A DNA stretch of 62,254 nt, filler included. It is 5 parts of 5 records of this genome, joined end to end, with 100 filler letters (N's around TTAATTAATTAA, not from the genome) between each part and the next. Parts side by side here need not be neighbours in the genome. Positions count along the whole stretch, not along the records: positions 1 to 19,119 come from DRR723986_1744; 4 more parts are not named here. One strand, written 5' to 3'. Each line of letters begins with the position of its first letter. The stretch's first letter is position 1. Below are positions 8,896 to 18,404 of this stretch, piece after piece. Below the pieces are notes generated by a model. That model made no database searches, was not told where the DNA came from, and was given only the letters and a program-made list of their open reading frames with translations. The translations under genes and the position numbers were made by a program.

Positions 8896-9743
8896 TCCTG
8901 CGTGCAGCCCTTATCACCTGTCTGGCGCTCAGTGCCGCCGCGCCCGCCCTTGCGCTCGACATCCCGAACCCGTCGCGCTCAGACAGCCGCGTCCGCTCCG
9001 TCAGCTACAACGAATGGGACGTGGTCCGTGTCGTCGGCACCTTGCGGACCTCCGTGCAGGTCGTCTTCGCCCAGACTGAGGAAATCATCGACGTGGGCAG
9101 CGGCGACACCGTCGCCTGGGAGATCGTGCCGCGCGGCAACATCCTCTATCTCAAGCCGCGCGAGGCCAACCCGCCGACCAACCTCCAGATCGCGACCATG
9201 CGCGAGGACGGCACCACCCGAACCTATTCCTTCGAGCTGATCGTCCGGGACGGCGCGATCACCAACAACTCCAAGGATGTCTATTTCCAGATCAGGTTCG
9301 CCTACCCGACCGACGAGGCCAACCGCCGTCGAACTGAGGCCGCAGACCAGAAAGCACGGGCGCAGGAAGAAGCAGCCAAGGCAAGGCTGGCGGAATCCGT
9401 GGCAACCTCCGGCTCGAAGAACTGGCGCTATCTGGTCGCCGGATCGCATGACCTTCAGCCGTCACAGGCCTACGACAACGGGGAGATGACGGTTCTGACC
9501 TTCTCGCGGATGAACCGGATGCCCTCGGTCTTTGTCGTGGACAGCACCGGCACCGAGCGCATGGCGAACACCACGGTCCGCAAGAACCAGATCATCGTGC
9601 ATGACGTGGCCCCAGAGATGCGCCTGCGCCTCGGGAACCAGGTCACCGCACTCTACAACATGGGGCTGGGATCTTCGTCTGGTGGCTACACCGGCACCGG
9701 CACCACCAGCCGCTCCGTGCAGCGCGAAATCATCGGACAGTGA
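8892..9743 (+). CDS. virB9: VirB9/TrbG
   Basis: Signal peptide; DSRVRSVSY, GDTVAW, TNL, NWRY, LRLG motifs. Confidence 0.93.
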   Translation: MILRAALITCLALSAAAPALALDIPNPSRSDSRVRSVSYNEWDVVRVVGTLRTSVQVVFAQTEEIIDVGSGDTVAWEIVPRGNILYLKPREANPPTNLQIATMREDGTTRTYSFELIVRDGAITNNSKDVYFQIRFAYPTDEANRRRTEAADQKARAQEEAAKARLAESVATSGSKNWRYLVAGSHDLQPSQAYDNGEMTVLTFSRMNRMPSVFVVDSTGTERMANTTVRKNQIIVHDVAPEMRLRLGNQVTALYNMGLGSSSGGYTGTGTTSRSVQREIIGQ

Positions 9744-10912
9744 TCATGACGACTGAAGAGCAAGCACCGCAGGGCGGTGCACCCGAACCCATTGAGAACG
9801 GCATCGAGGGCGAGCGCGGCATCTCCTCGATCACCAGCGCGAAATCCGCCGGGCTGAACGAGAAGAACAAGAAATTCCTCGTCGCTGCTGGCCTGGTCTT
9901 TCTTGGCACGATGGCCTTCCTCCAATGGCCTTCCGACGAAGAGCCTGCACCGCCCGAAGAAACCGAGCGCCAACAGACCACGATCCGGCCCGGGCAGAAC
10001 TTCGAGCCTGCGGAACTGCCCCGAGAGCAGGAGCAGCACGCCGAGCCAGAGGTGGCGGACCCCGAACCCGAAGCGCCGATTGGCCCGATCGAGCGCGTGC
10101 GCCGGGAAGAACAACTGGCCCCGGCGGAACCGAGCGAGGCCGAACAGCTTTACGAGTCCTCCAAACGCGCGCCTGTCATGGCCTATCAGGGCAACCTGAC
10201 AGGGCTTGCCGGATCAGCGGCCCAGGCGGGCACCGAAGCCGGGGCAAATCTCTTTGGCGGCTCGGCCGAGGGCGCGGGCGGCAAGCTGACGGGACTGGCG
10301 GCTGAGCTTGACACCAGCGACCGGCAATCGGAAAAGGCCACCGTCCTCGCCCATCCGAACCTGACCGTGACACAAGGCACGACGATCCCCTGTTCGCTCG
10401 ACACGGCGATGGATTCCACGGCCCCCGGCATGGTCCGCTGCACCGTGACCGACGATGTCTATTCGACCACGGGCGCGGTGATCCTGCTGGATCGAGGCAC
10501 CCGCATCGTTGGCGAGTACAAAGGCGGGATGCAGCGGGGCCGCAAGCGCCTCTTCGTGATCTGGACCCGTGCCGAAACACCGAATGGCGTGATCGTGAAC
10601 CTGGGCTCTCCCGGTGCTGATGCCCTTGGTCGTACCGGCTTCGATGGCGACATCGACACACAGTTCTGGACCCGGTTCGGCGGCACGATGATGCTGTCGA
10701 TCATCGACGATGCCCTGATCGTCGCCACCACCTCCGGCGATGGCGATGATGACTCCTATGAGAACTCCCGCGCGGCGGCGCGCAGCCTCGCCCAGACCGA
10801 GCTGGAAAATACCATCGACGTGCCCGTGATCCTGCGGAAGAACCAGGGCGAAGAGGTCTCGGTCATGGTGGCCCGCGATCTCGATTTCTCCGGCGTCTAC
10901 CGGCTGAAATGA
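9740..10912 (+). CDS. virB10: VirB10/TrbI
   Basis: GTTIPCSLDTA, RLFVIWTRAETP, DALGRTG, VARDLDFS. Confidence 0.95.
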   Translation: MIMTTEEQAPQGGAPEPIENGIEGERGISSITSAKSAGLNEKNKKFLVAAGLVFLGTMAFLQWPSDEEPAPPEETERQQTTIRPGQNFEPAELPREQEQHAEPEVADPEPEAPIGPIERVRREEQLAPAEPSEAEQLYESSKRAPVMAYQGNLTGLAGSAAQAGTEAGANLFGGSAEGAGGKLTGLAAELDTSDRQSEKATVLAHPNLTVTQGTTIPCSLDTAMDSTAPGMVRCTVTDDVYSTTGAVILLDRGTRIVGEYKGGMQRGRKRLFVIWTRAETPNGVIVNLGSPGADALGRTGFDGDIDTQFWTRFGGTMMLSIIDDALIVATTSGDGDDDSYENSRAAARSLAQTELENTIDVPVILRKNQGEEVSVMVARDLDFSGVYRLK

Positions 10913-11946
10913 TGGAGATCCCTATCCTGCCGCAAGACAGGCCCGTGCCCCCGGCGCTGGCCTCTCACATGGCCCCTCTACCGCCCTTCCTTGAACGCCA
11001 CGACGTTCTGGAAATCTGCATCAACCACCCCGGCGAGGTCTTCGTCGAATATACCCAAGGGACGTGGGAACGGGTCGAACTACCCGACCTGACCTATGCC
11101 TTCCTGACCGGCCTCGTCGCGACCGTGGGCACCTTCTCCCGACAGAAGGTCAACGAGACGACGCCGCTCCTCTCCGGCTCCCTACCACAGGGCGAGCGTA
11201 TCCAAATCGTGCTGCCGCCTGCCGTCCCGGCGGGCACGGTCAGCATCACCATCCGCAAACCGGCGCAGCGGACCTTCACGCTCGACGAGCTTATGGGTCA
11301 GGGCATGTTCGAGGGCGTTACCAACGCCCCCTCCGCCTTGTCAGGCGAGGATGAAGCCCTCCTTGACCATCACCGCAACGGCGACTGGAAAACCTTCCTG
11401 CACGCCGCCGTACTGGCGAAGAAGAACATCTTGGTCTCGGGCTCCACCGGCTCGGGCAAGACGACATTCTCGAAGTCGCTGATCCCGCTGATCCCGACCA
11501 GCGAGCGACTGATTACCATCGAGGACACCGTCGAGCTAGAACTTCCGCAGCCCAATGTGGTGCGGATGATCTATTCCAAGGGCGGTCAGGGCGAGGCCAA
11601 AGTCACGGCGCGCGACCTTCTGGAAAGCGCGCTCCGGATGCGGCCCGACCGCATATTCCTGCAGGAGCTTCGAGACGCCTCGGCCTTCTACTACCTTCGC
11701 AACGTCAACACCGGGCATGGCGGGTCGATCACCACCATCCACGCCGACTCCGCCACGCTCGCCTTCGAGCAACTGGCCCTTCTGGTGAAGGAAAGCGAGG
11801 CGGGGCGCGATCTCAAGCGCGACGAGATCAAGGACATGCTCTACCAGATGGTCGACGTGGTCGTGCAGATCAAGAAGACCGCCGCCGGGCGCAGGGTCAC
11901 CGAGGTCTATTTCGATCCCCGCAGAAAGCTGGGGGGTGCCGCATGA
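10909..11946 (+). CDS. virB11: VirB11 ATPase
   Basis: GSTGSGKTT, ERLITIED, LRMRPDRI, NTGHGGSITTIHA. Confidence 0.96.
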   Translation: MMEIPILPQDRPVPPALASHMAPLPPFLERHDVLEICINHPGEVFVEYTQGTWERVELPDLTYAFLTGLVATVGTFSRQKVNETTPLLSGSLPQGERIQIVLPPAVPAGTVSITIRKPAQRTFTLDELMGQGMFEGVTNAPSALSGEDEALLDHHRNGDWKTFLHAAVLAKKNILVSGSTGSGKTTFSKSLIPLIPTSERLITIEDTVELELPQPNVVRMIYSKGGQGEAKVTARDLLESALRMRPDRIFLQELRDASAFYYLRNVNTGHGGSITTIHADSATLAFEQLALLVKESEAGRDLKRDEIKDMLYQMVDVVVQIKKTAAGRRVTEVYFDPRRKLGGAA

Positions 11947-14069
11947 TCGTCCAGAACTGGCATCGCCTTGGCACCCCCGCGCGGGCTGCTGCCATCTCGG
12001 CCGCGGTCGTGTTCGCCGTGGCCGGGGGGCTCATCACCGCCGCCTATGTCATGCAGTGGGGGCTGAAGGTTCCCCTTCACCTGCCCCGCGACCTGTTGCT
12101 TTGGCCGCAGGCGGCGCTGGCCGGATACACCGATCCCGAGACGCTCAAATGGATAAAGCTCTCCGGCTATGCCGGGCTGCTGCCGACCATCGTGATCGCC
12201 GCCGCCATCCTGAAAGCGCAGCCGAAACCGGACGTGCATGGCCGCGCAGAGTTTGCACGCGCCCGCGACATCCGGCAGGCAGGCATGAGGTCGAAGGCCG
12301 GTCTGATCGCGGGCTTTACCGGCTCCCTGCCCTCCCGACACTATGGCAATCGGGTCGACAAATGGGGCCGCGCAGTCGAGCAAGACGGCGCGGTCAAAAT
12401 CTAGAAGGCCGGGCATCTGACCTCGAAAAACCTGCTGATGTATGGCGGCGACGAACACGTCCTGCTCTATGCCCCGACCCGCTCCGGCAAAGGCGTCGGC
12501 GTGGTGATCCCGAACCTCCTAAATTGGCCGGACTCCGCCGTGGTCCTGGACATCAAGAAGGAGAATTGGACCCTGACCGCAGGCTTCCGGAAGGCAGGCG
12601 GCCAGGAGGTGTTCCTCTTCGATCCCCTCGATCCGGCCGGTCGCACGCATCGCTGGAACCCGCTCTCAACGGTTCGGCGCGGCACCGATTACCAGATCGA
12701 GGATCTTCAGCGGCTGGCGGACCTGTTCATTCCGGTGGCCTCGAAAGACCCCTTCTTCGACCGGGCAGCGCAGACGGCCTTTGTCGGTGTCGGTGGCTAT
12801 CTGGCCGAGACGCCGGAACGGCCCTTCACCTTGGGGGAAATCTACCGCCAGCTCACCCTGACCCCGGACTTCGTTCAAACCTTCCGAAAGCGGATCGAAG
12901 TCAGGAAGGCTACTGGGCGTCCGCTGTCGCTTCAGACCGTCTCGACCCTCAACGACTTCCTCTCGAAGAGCGAAAACACCTTCGAAAGCGTGAAATCCAC
13001 GATCACCGCCAACCTCGGCCTCTTTGCCAACCCGATGCTCGACCGCGCGACCGCCGCGTCGGACTTCGCCTTCGCCGACCTGCGCCGCAAGCGGATGACG
13101 ATCTATGTCGGCATCACGCCGAACAACCTCGGTCGCCTCGGGCCGCTGATGAACCTCTTCTTCCAGTCCTGCGTCGATGCGAACATGCAGGAACTGCCCG
13201 AGCACAATCCGGCCCTGAAACACAAGATCCTGCTCTGCATGGATGAGTTCGCCTCTGTCGGGGAGCTTCCGGCCTTCAAGCGCGGCATCGGCTATTTTGC
13301 GGGCTACGGGATGAAGGTGCTGACCATCGTCCAGACCCCGGCCCAGCTGGCCGACATCTACGGTCAGGACGGCGCCGATGCCTATATGGACAACTCCGGC
13401 GTCAGCATCGTCTTCACCCCGAAGGGGGTGAAAGAGGCGCGCAACCTCTCGGAACGGCTCGGCACGCATGGCGTGGAGGCCCGCAGTGAATCCAAGTCCA
13501 AATACCTTGCCAACCGCAAGGGAACGACCGTCAGCCACAGCGAGCAGAAACGCTCCCTCATGCTGCCGCAGGAACTGCTGCAAATGGACCAGAGCGAGGC
13601 CCTGGTCTTCGTCGCCGGACACCCACCGATCCGGGCGAAGAAGATCAGGTTCTATGCCGAAGCGGCGCTTCTCGAACGCTCCAAGGTGCCGCCGCCCGTG
13701 GTCCCCAAGATCGACCGCCATGCTTTGGCGGAGGCCGTGGCATCCCTGAGAAACGAGAACGCGATGCTGCGCGAAAGCGTCTCCACCCTTCAGACCAACT
13801 TCGACAAGCTGGCCGGTCTGAAAGCCTTCCAGGCCGCGAACGTCGCCAATGGCGAACCTGCCGAAGTGCCAATGACCGACGAGGAGATCGCCAACCCCGA
13901 AGGCATTTCCTTCGACCGGCTGGCCCTGAGTGGGCAGAAGGCACAGGCGAAAATCAAAGAGCTGAACAAGGCCGGACAGGTCGGAACACGAAAGGGCGCG
14001 GCGGACATCCTCGCCACCCTCGGTTGTGATGTCGCTCCCGCGAAAGCCGAAAGGAAACGGAATGCCTGA
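11943..14069 (+). pseudogene. virD4: VirD4 type IV coupling protein interrupted by one in-frame TAG at 12402-12404
   Basis: The two ORFs (11943-12404, 12438-14069) share a frame. The first has two TM helices and HGRAEFA. The second has APTRSGKGVGVVIPNLL, DIKKEN, MDEF, LMLPQEL. Confidence 0.9.
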
Positions 14070-15609
14070 GACGGACAAGAGCACGAGCTTCACGCTCTCT
14101 TATGCGCATAACGACAAGGAAGAGCGCTTCATCTCGGCCGCCGCCGCAGGACGTGCCTTCGCGGATGCCGATGCCAGCCAGCACCCGCGCGTGATCGAGG
14201 CCACGGACAAAAGCGGGCGCACCCTCGCCCACACGGTCACCATCGGGACGGACATCCAGAAGTCCGTGCCCACGCTCGACAGCGTCCGCAAGTATCTCAC
14301 CGACCTCAACCGCGATGGCGCGGCCCCTTCCCGCATGACGCAGACCAACCTGGACTTCTGGAGCGGCTATCATGATCGGATCGCGGAGAAGGCCAGCCCG
14401 GAAAAGCAACCCAAAGACCAAGGCTCGATCTCGCCAAGCGAAAGGCCGAAGAGCAAGCCGGATCTGGACCGCTTTGACCTGCCCGTCAGCTACCACGACA
14501 GGTTTCTTGTCACGAAGGCGAAGGGTCAGCAGGACCTCTACCGTTCCTATGATGACGCCCGTCCTGCGATCATCGACAAGGGCGACCAGCTCAGCACCCG
14601 AAACGCGGATCGCGGGACCGCAATGGACATGATCGAGCTGGCCGCGCATCGCGGCTGGCAACGCCTGAAAGCGAAAGGGCCGGAGGAGTTCCGGCGCGAG
14701 ATGTGGATCGAAGGCACCGCCCAGGGCCTGAAGGTTCAGGGCTACCGTCCCACCGAAAAGGACCAGGAAGAAGCCAACCGCCGATCCCAGATGATCGGAG
14801 AACGTGCCATCGAGCGGACAGACCGGGCCACCATTTCCGCCAATGCCAAGACGCCCGACCGCGAAGACCAGCAGGCCATGCCGCGCCAAAGCTACTCTGA
14901 CGGCATCTCCGGCAAGATCACCGACATCGGCACCGCCCCCTATCGCAACCGCGAAGGGGCTGACCCCGTGCCCTTCGTCGCCCTGACCACCGAAGCGGGC
15001 AAGGAAGAGCATATCTGGAGCGTCACCCTCCCTGCTGCGCTCGAAAAGCATGACCTGAAGGTCGGCGACCGCGCGACCTTCTTCTCTCCCGGCGTCGAGC
15101 CCGTGACCTACAAGACCAGGGACCAGAAGACCGGAGAAGAAGTCGAACGCCAGGGACACCGTCGCCTCTGGGACGCCAAGGACATCGAGCGCGAAGCACA
15201 GCCGCAACGGACGTCACAGGGCAAATCTGCGGCTAAGGCAACCACTGAGGAAACACCGATGGCCGACAAGCAGCGCGAGCAGGACACCAAATCAGATCGG
15301 CTCGAAGACCGCATCAAGCGATACGAACCGGGCGACCACGCCGCCAAAGGCCCAGCCAGCGTTCTGGCCCACATGGACGCGCGACTTCGGGCTGAAGGAG
15401 TTTCGGAAAAGGACCGCGAGACCGCCCGCGACCACGCCGCCAAGCTTCTATCTCAGGGGATGAAGGCCGGGAGGCAGATCCCTGTCCAGAGACTCGCCAA
15501 CGTTACCAAGGAGCAGGAGACCCAAGCGCGCGTAGCTACCGCCAAGGGGGTGAAACCTGCTGCTGAACGTCAAATGTCAGATCAGACCAAGGGCAGCCGC
15601 TCAAGATAG
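14062..15609 (+). CDS. Multi-domain protein with an LPD7 (large polyvalent protein domain 7)-like domain
   Basis: AIIDKGDQLST...MIELAAHRGWQRLKAKGPEEFRREMWIEG...GLKVQGYRP. Second module GTAPY...FVALTT..G.E.HIW...LKVGD. Overlaps the virD4 stop. Confidence 0.75.
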   Translation: MPETDKSTSFTLSYAHNDKEERFISAAAAGRAFADADASQHPRVIEATDKSGRTLAHTVTIGTDIQKSVPTLDSVRKYLTDLNRDGAAPSRMTQTNLDFWSGYHDRIAEKASPEKQPKDQGSISPSERPKSKPDLDRFDLPVSYHDRFLVTKAKGQQDLYRSYDDARPAIIDKGDQLSTRNADRGTAMDMIELAAHRGWQRLKAKGPEEFRREMWIEGTAQGLKVQGYRPTEKDQEEANRRSQMIGERAIERTDRATISANAKTPDREDQQAMPRQSYSDGISGKITDIGTAPYRNREGADPVPFVALTTEAGKEEHIWSVTLPAALEKHDLKVGDRATFFSPGVEPVTYKTRDQKTGEEVERQGHRRLWDAKDIEREAQPQRTSQGKSAAKATTEETPMADKQREQDTKSDRLEDRIKRYEPGDHAAKGPASVLAHMDARLRAEGVSEKDRETARDHAAKLLSQGMKAGRQIPVQRLANVTKEQETQARVATAKGVKPAAERQMSDQTKGSRSR

Positions 15610-15760
15610 CCCTAGAGGCAAGACCATAGATTGCTGCCCTTGCCGGAAGCAGTCCCTTGGATGCGGCGCTCGCCGGAGCAGCCCTTTGCTGCGACAGGCA
15701 CGACTGACAGAAGTGCGCACAAAACGGCCACTCGCCAGACCATGGCCAACTGGTGGGATC

Positions 15761-16801
15761 GGCCGAGGCTGTGTGGAAACTGGCCGGCAAGGGGCGCCGG
15801 ATGTAGGTGTGTCGGTCTGCTCGCTTTTTGCAACGTCAAACGGTCCTTGGCGCGCATGGTGGTCTGGTGTGGTCCCTCGCCGGGCAAAGCGGGACGCTTG
15901 AGCTCGAGCGCAAGGTTGCAACCCCTCGATCAGGCCTGAATTGCCCGCATCAGGCCCCGAATGCCGATCAAGGCGACCACCCGCTTGATGTTGTAGGCAG
16001 GGACGTTCAGCGCCATTTCGGCGCTGACATCCTTCAGCCTCCGTATCAGGAAATGGGTGTGCCCCATCCAGGCCTTGATCGTGCCGAAAGGGTGTTCGAC
16101 CGTGCAGCGGCGCAGGGTCATCGGATCCGCCTCCCCACCCAGCCTTTCGTGCATCGCCTCGACCAGATGCTCATGCTCCCACCAGGTTATCCGGCGTTCC
16201 TTTCCATTGGTGCAGCGGTGACGAACCGGACAATGCTGACATTCATTGGTCCAGTAGCGGCCGACCCGCAGGCGGTCCTCCTCGCGCGTGTAGCGGTAGC
16301 TTAGCTCATCGCCCGCCGGGCAGACATAGACAGCGCGGTCGGGATCGTAGGCGAAGTCGGCCTTCACATACATGCCTTTGCCCCGGTTGCCCGATGTTTC
16401 GGGGCGCGGCACGGTCGTGGTGATCCCCGCCTGATGGCAGGCCAGGATCTGAGACCCGCTGAAGTATCCATTGCGACCCGCCTCGCGCTCCAGGAGACGG
16501 CTGGACGGGATGCGGTTCAGATAGCCGTAGATGAAGAGCTTCAGCAGCACAGCCGGATGGTAGCCCGGGCGACCGGTTCGCGCGGGCACACAACGATCGA
16601 ATCCGAGCGCCGGAAGATCAAGCTCCTCGACGAAGAGGTCGACAACACGGACCAGGTGATCCTCGCCGATCCAGTCCTCGAGACGATCAGGGAAAAGCGT
16701 GACCTGATCCCAGTCGATGCTATCGATGAAACCCGCCATACCCGTCTCCCGCTGTCTTGCGGAAGCTTACCACGGAACAGCGTTTCCACACAGCCTCGGC
16801 C
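15761..16801 (-). mobile_element. IS1182-family element, internally deleted derivative
   Basis: Perfect 20-bp inverted repeats GGCCGAGGCTGTGTGGAAAC (15761-15780) and GTTTCCACACAGCCTCGGCC (16782-16801) enclose the transposase remnant. The outermost few bases may be target sequence. Confidence 0.88.
15930..16739 (-). pseudogene. IS1182-family transposase with an in-frame internal deletion
   Basis: The N-terminal TGRPGYHPAVLLKLFIYGYLNRIPSSRLLEREAGRN is fused directly to GYFSG..ILAC, followed by TVEHPFGTIK. The central region is absent; only 269 aa. Confidence 0.85.
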
Positions 16802-17080
16802 CAAAGCTGCCGTCCATCCCAAGTTCCGCTTGCTGCAACGCAGCTCGTCAGACCGGACTTTCGCTGCATTGCAACAATCCTGACCTGTTCGAACTCACAG
16901 ATCGCGGACGAAGCTTCCGTTCGCACCCAACCAATCAATGGCTGCTAACAGCCCTTTTTGACCGCGTAAGAAGCCAAGACTCAACCGGCGGAAATCGGTC
17001 GATTTCAACCCGGTCACACGACATGGGAGAGCAACAGAAACAGTGATACTCTGCTTTCCCACCCCTCGCGATTGGTGGCA

Positions 17081-18319
17081 TCAGCCCCGCTCGGCCGCGG
17101 CAACCTGGTAAGCGTGCAAGGCGTCGATCATCCGGGTTCCGGTGGGTCGCTCCATGCGCGCGCAGAACTCTGACCATATGGCGCCGTGAGGCAGGCTCTT
17201 GAACTCCTCGGTGAGCATCAGGCGAGTCGTGAAGTCGAGCGTCGTCTCGGCCGCGTGCAGCGGCTCGATTGGCATCAGCAACGCTTCGAGCAAAGCTTTT
17301 TGCATATTGCGCACGCCAATGACCCAGGCCGCGGTCCGGCTGATCGTGGCATCGAAGAAATCAAGGCCGATCCGGGTGCGTGCCAGCAGGTCGGCGCAAA
17401 CAATCTCCTGTGCCATGGCCCGGATGCTGTCATCCAACAAGATGACGTGGTCGCTGTCCCAGCGCATCGGGCGGGAGACGTGTAGCAGGATGTCCTGCAC
17501 CGACAGCGCCACGGCGGTGAGCTTGTCGGCCACGTTCTCGGTCGGGTGGAAGTGCCCCATGTCGAGACAGAGCGCCGTCTTGTTGCGAATGGCGTAGCCC
17601 ATGTAAAACTCGTGGCTGCCCACGGTCATGGCCTCGACACCGATGCCGAAGAGCTTGCATTCCACCGCGTCCAGCAAATGCGCTTTGTCGTACTTTGGGG
17701 CGAGCATTGCATCCAGCGAGGCCTCCAGCCGCTGGCGTGCGCCCATGCGGTCGACGGGGTTGTCCTTGGACCCGTCCGGCACCCAGATGTTGTTCACCAC
17801 TTCGCTGGACTGCGCCGCGCCCATCTGCGCCGCGATCTCCCGGCAGCGCCGGCCGTGCTCGATCCAGAAATCGCGGATGCCCTGATCGGGGTGGGACAGC
17901 GTCAGGTTGTCGTCCGCCTTGTCATGGGCAAAGAAGGTCGGGTTGAAGTCGAGCTTCACGCCTTGTTCTGCGGCCCAGTCGACCCACGGGGTGAAGTGCC
18001 GGTACTCGATCTGATCGCGGTCCGGCGTTTCGTCCGTATCGAGATAGAAGGCGTGCAGGTTCAACCGATGCTTCCCGGGGATCATCGAGTAGGCGAATTC
18101 CAGGTCGGCGCGCAGCTCGTCCGGCGTGCGGGCGCGGCCCGGATGGTTGCCCGTCGCCTGAATGCCGCCGCCGGAGGTGCCAGTGGCGCGCTCGAAGCCG
18201 CGCACGTCGTCGCCCTGCCAGCAGTGCATGGAAATCGGGATGGTGGCGAGGGTCGCCAGCGCGGCCTCCGTGTCGACACCCCATTCGGCAAAGGCGTCTC
18301 TCGCCTGTTCGTATGTCAT
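17081..18319 (-). CDS. rhaA: L-rhamnose isomerase (E. coli RhaA type)
   Basis: ISMHCWQGDDVRGFE, RLNLHA, DFNPTFF, KLFGIGVE, LDMGHFHPTE, HVSRPMRWDSDHV. Confidence 0.95.
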   Translation of the reverse strand: MTYEQARDAFAEWGVDTEAALATLATIPISMHCWQGDDVRGFERATGTSGGGIQATGNHPGRARTPDELRADLEFAYSMIPGKHRLNLHAFYLDTDETPDRDQIEYRHFTPWVDWAAEQGVKLDFNPTFFAHDKADDNLTLSHPDQGIRDFWIEHGRRCREIAAQMGAAQSSEVVNNIWVPDGSKDNPVDRMGARQRLEASLDAMLAPKYDKAHLLDAVECKLFGIGVEAMTVGSHEFYMGYAIRNKTALCLDMGHFHPTENVADKLTAVALSVQDILLHVSRPMRWDSDHVILLDDSIRAMAQEIVCADLLARTRIGLDFFDATISRTAAWVIGVRNMQKALLEALLMPIEPLHAAETTLDFTTRLMLTEEFKSLPHGAIWSEFCARMERPTGTRMIDALHAYQVAAAERG

Positions 18320-18372
18320 AGTTCCTCCCTTCGTGTGCCTGTTCGCCCACTGTCAGCCCCTGCACGCGGCCC

Positions 18373-18398
18373 GTAGGTCGGGGTTAACCCCGACCTAC
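18373..18398. repeat. GTAG-type REP-like perfect palindrome
   Basis: GTAGGTCGGGGTTAACCCCGACCTAC is its own reverse complement (26 bp) and is intergenic. Confidence 0.8.
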
Positions 18399-18404
18399 CT
18401 TGGC

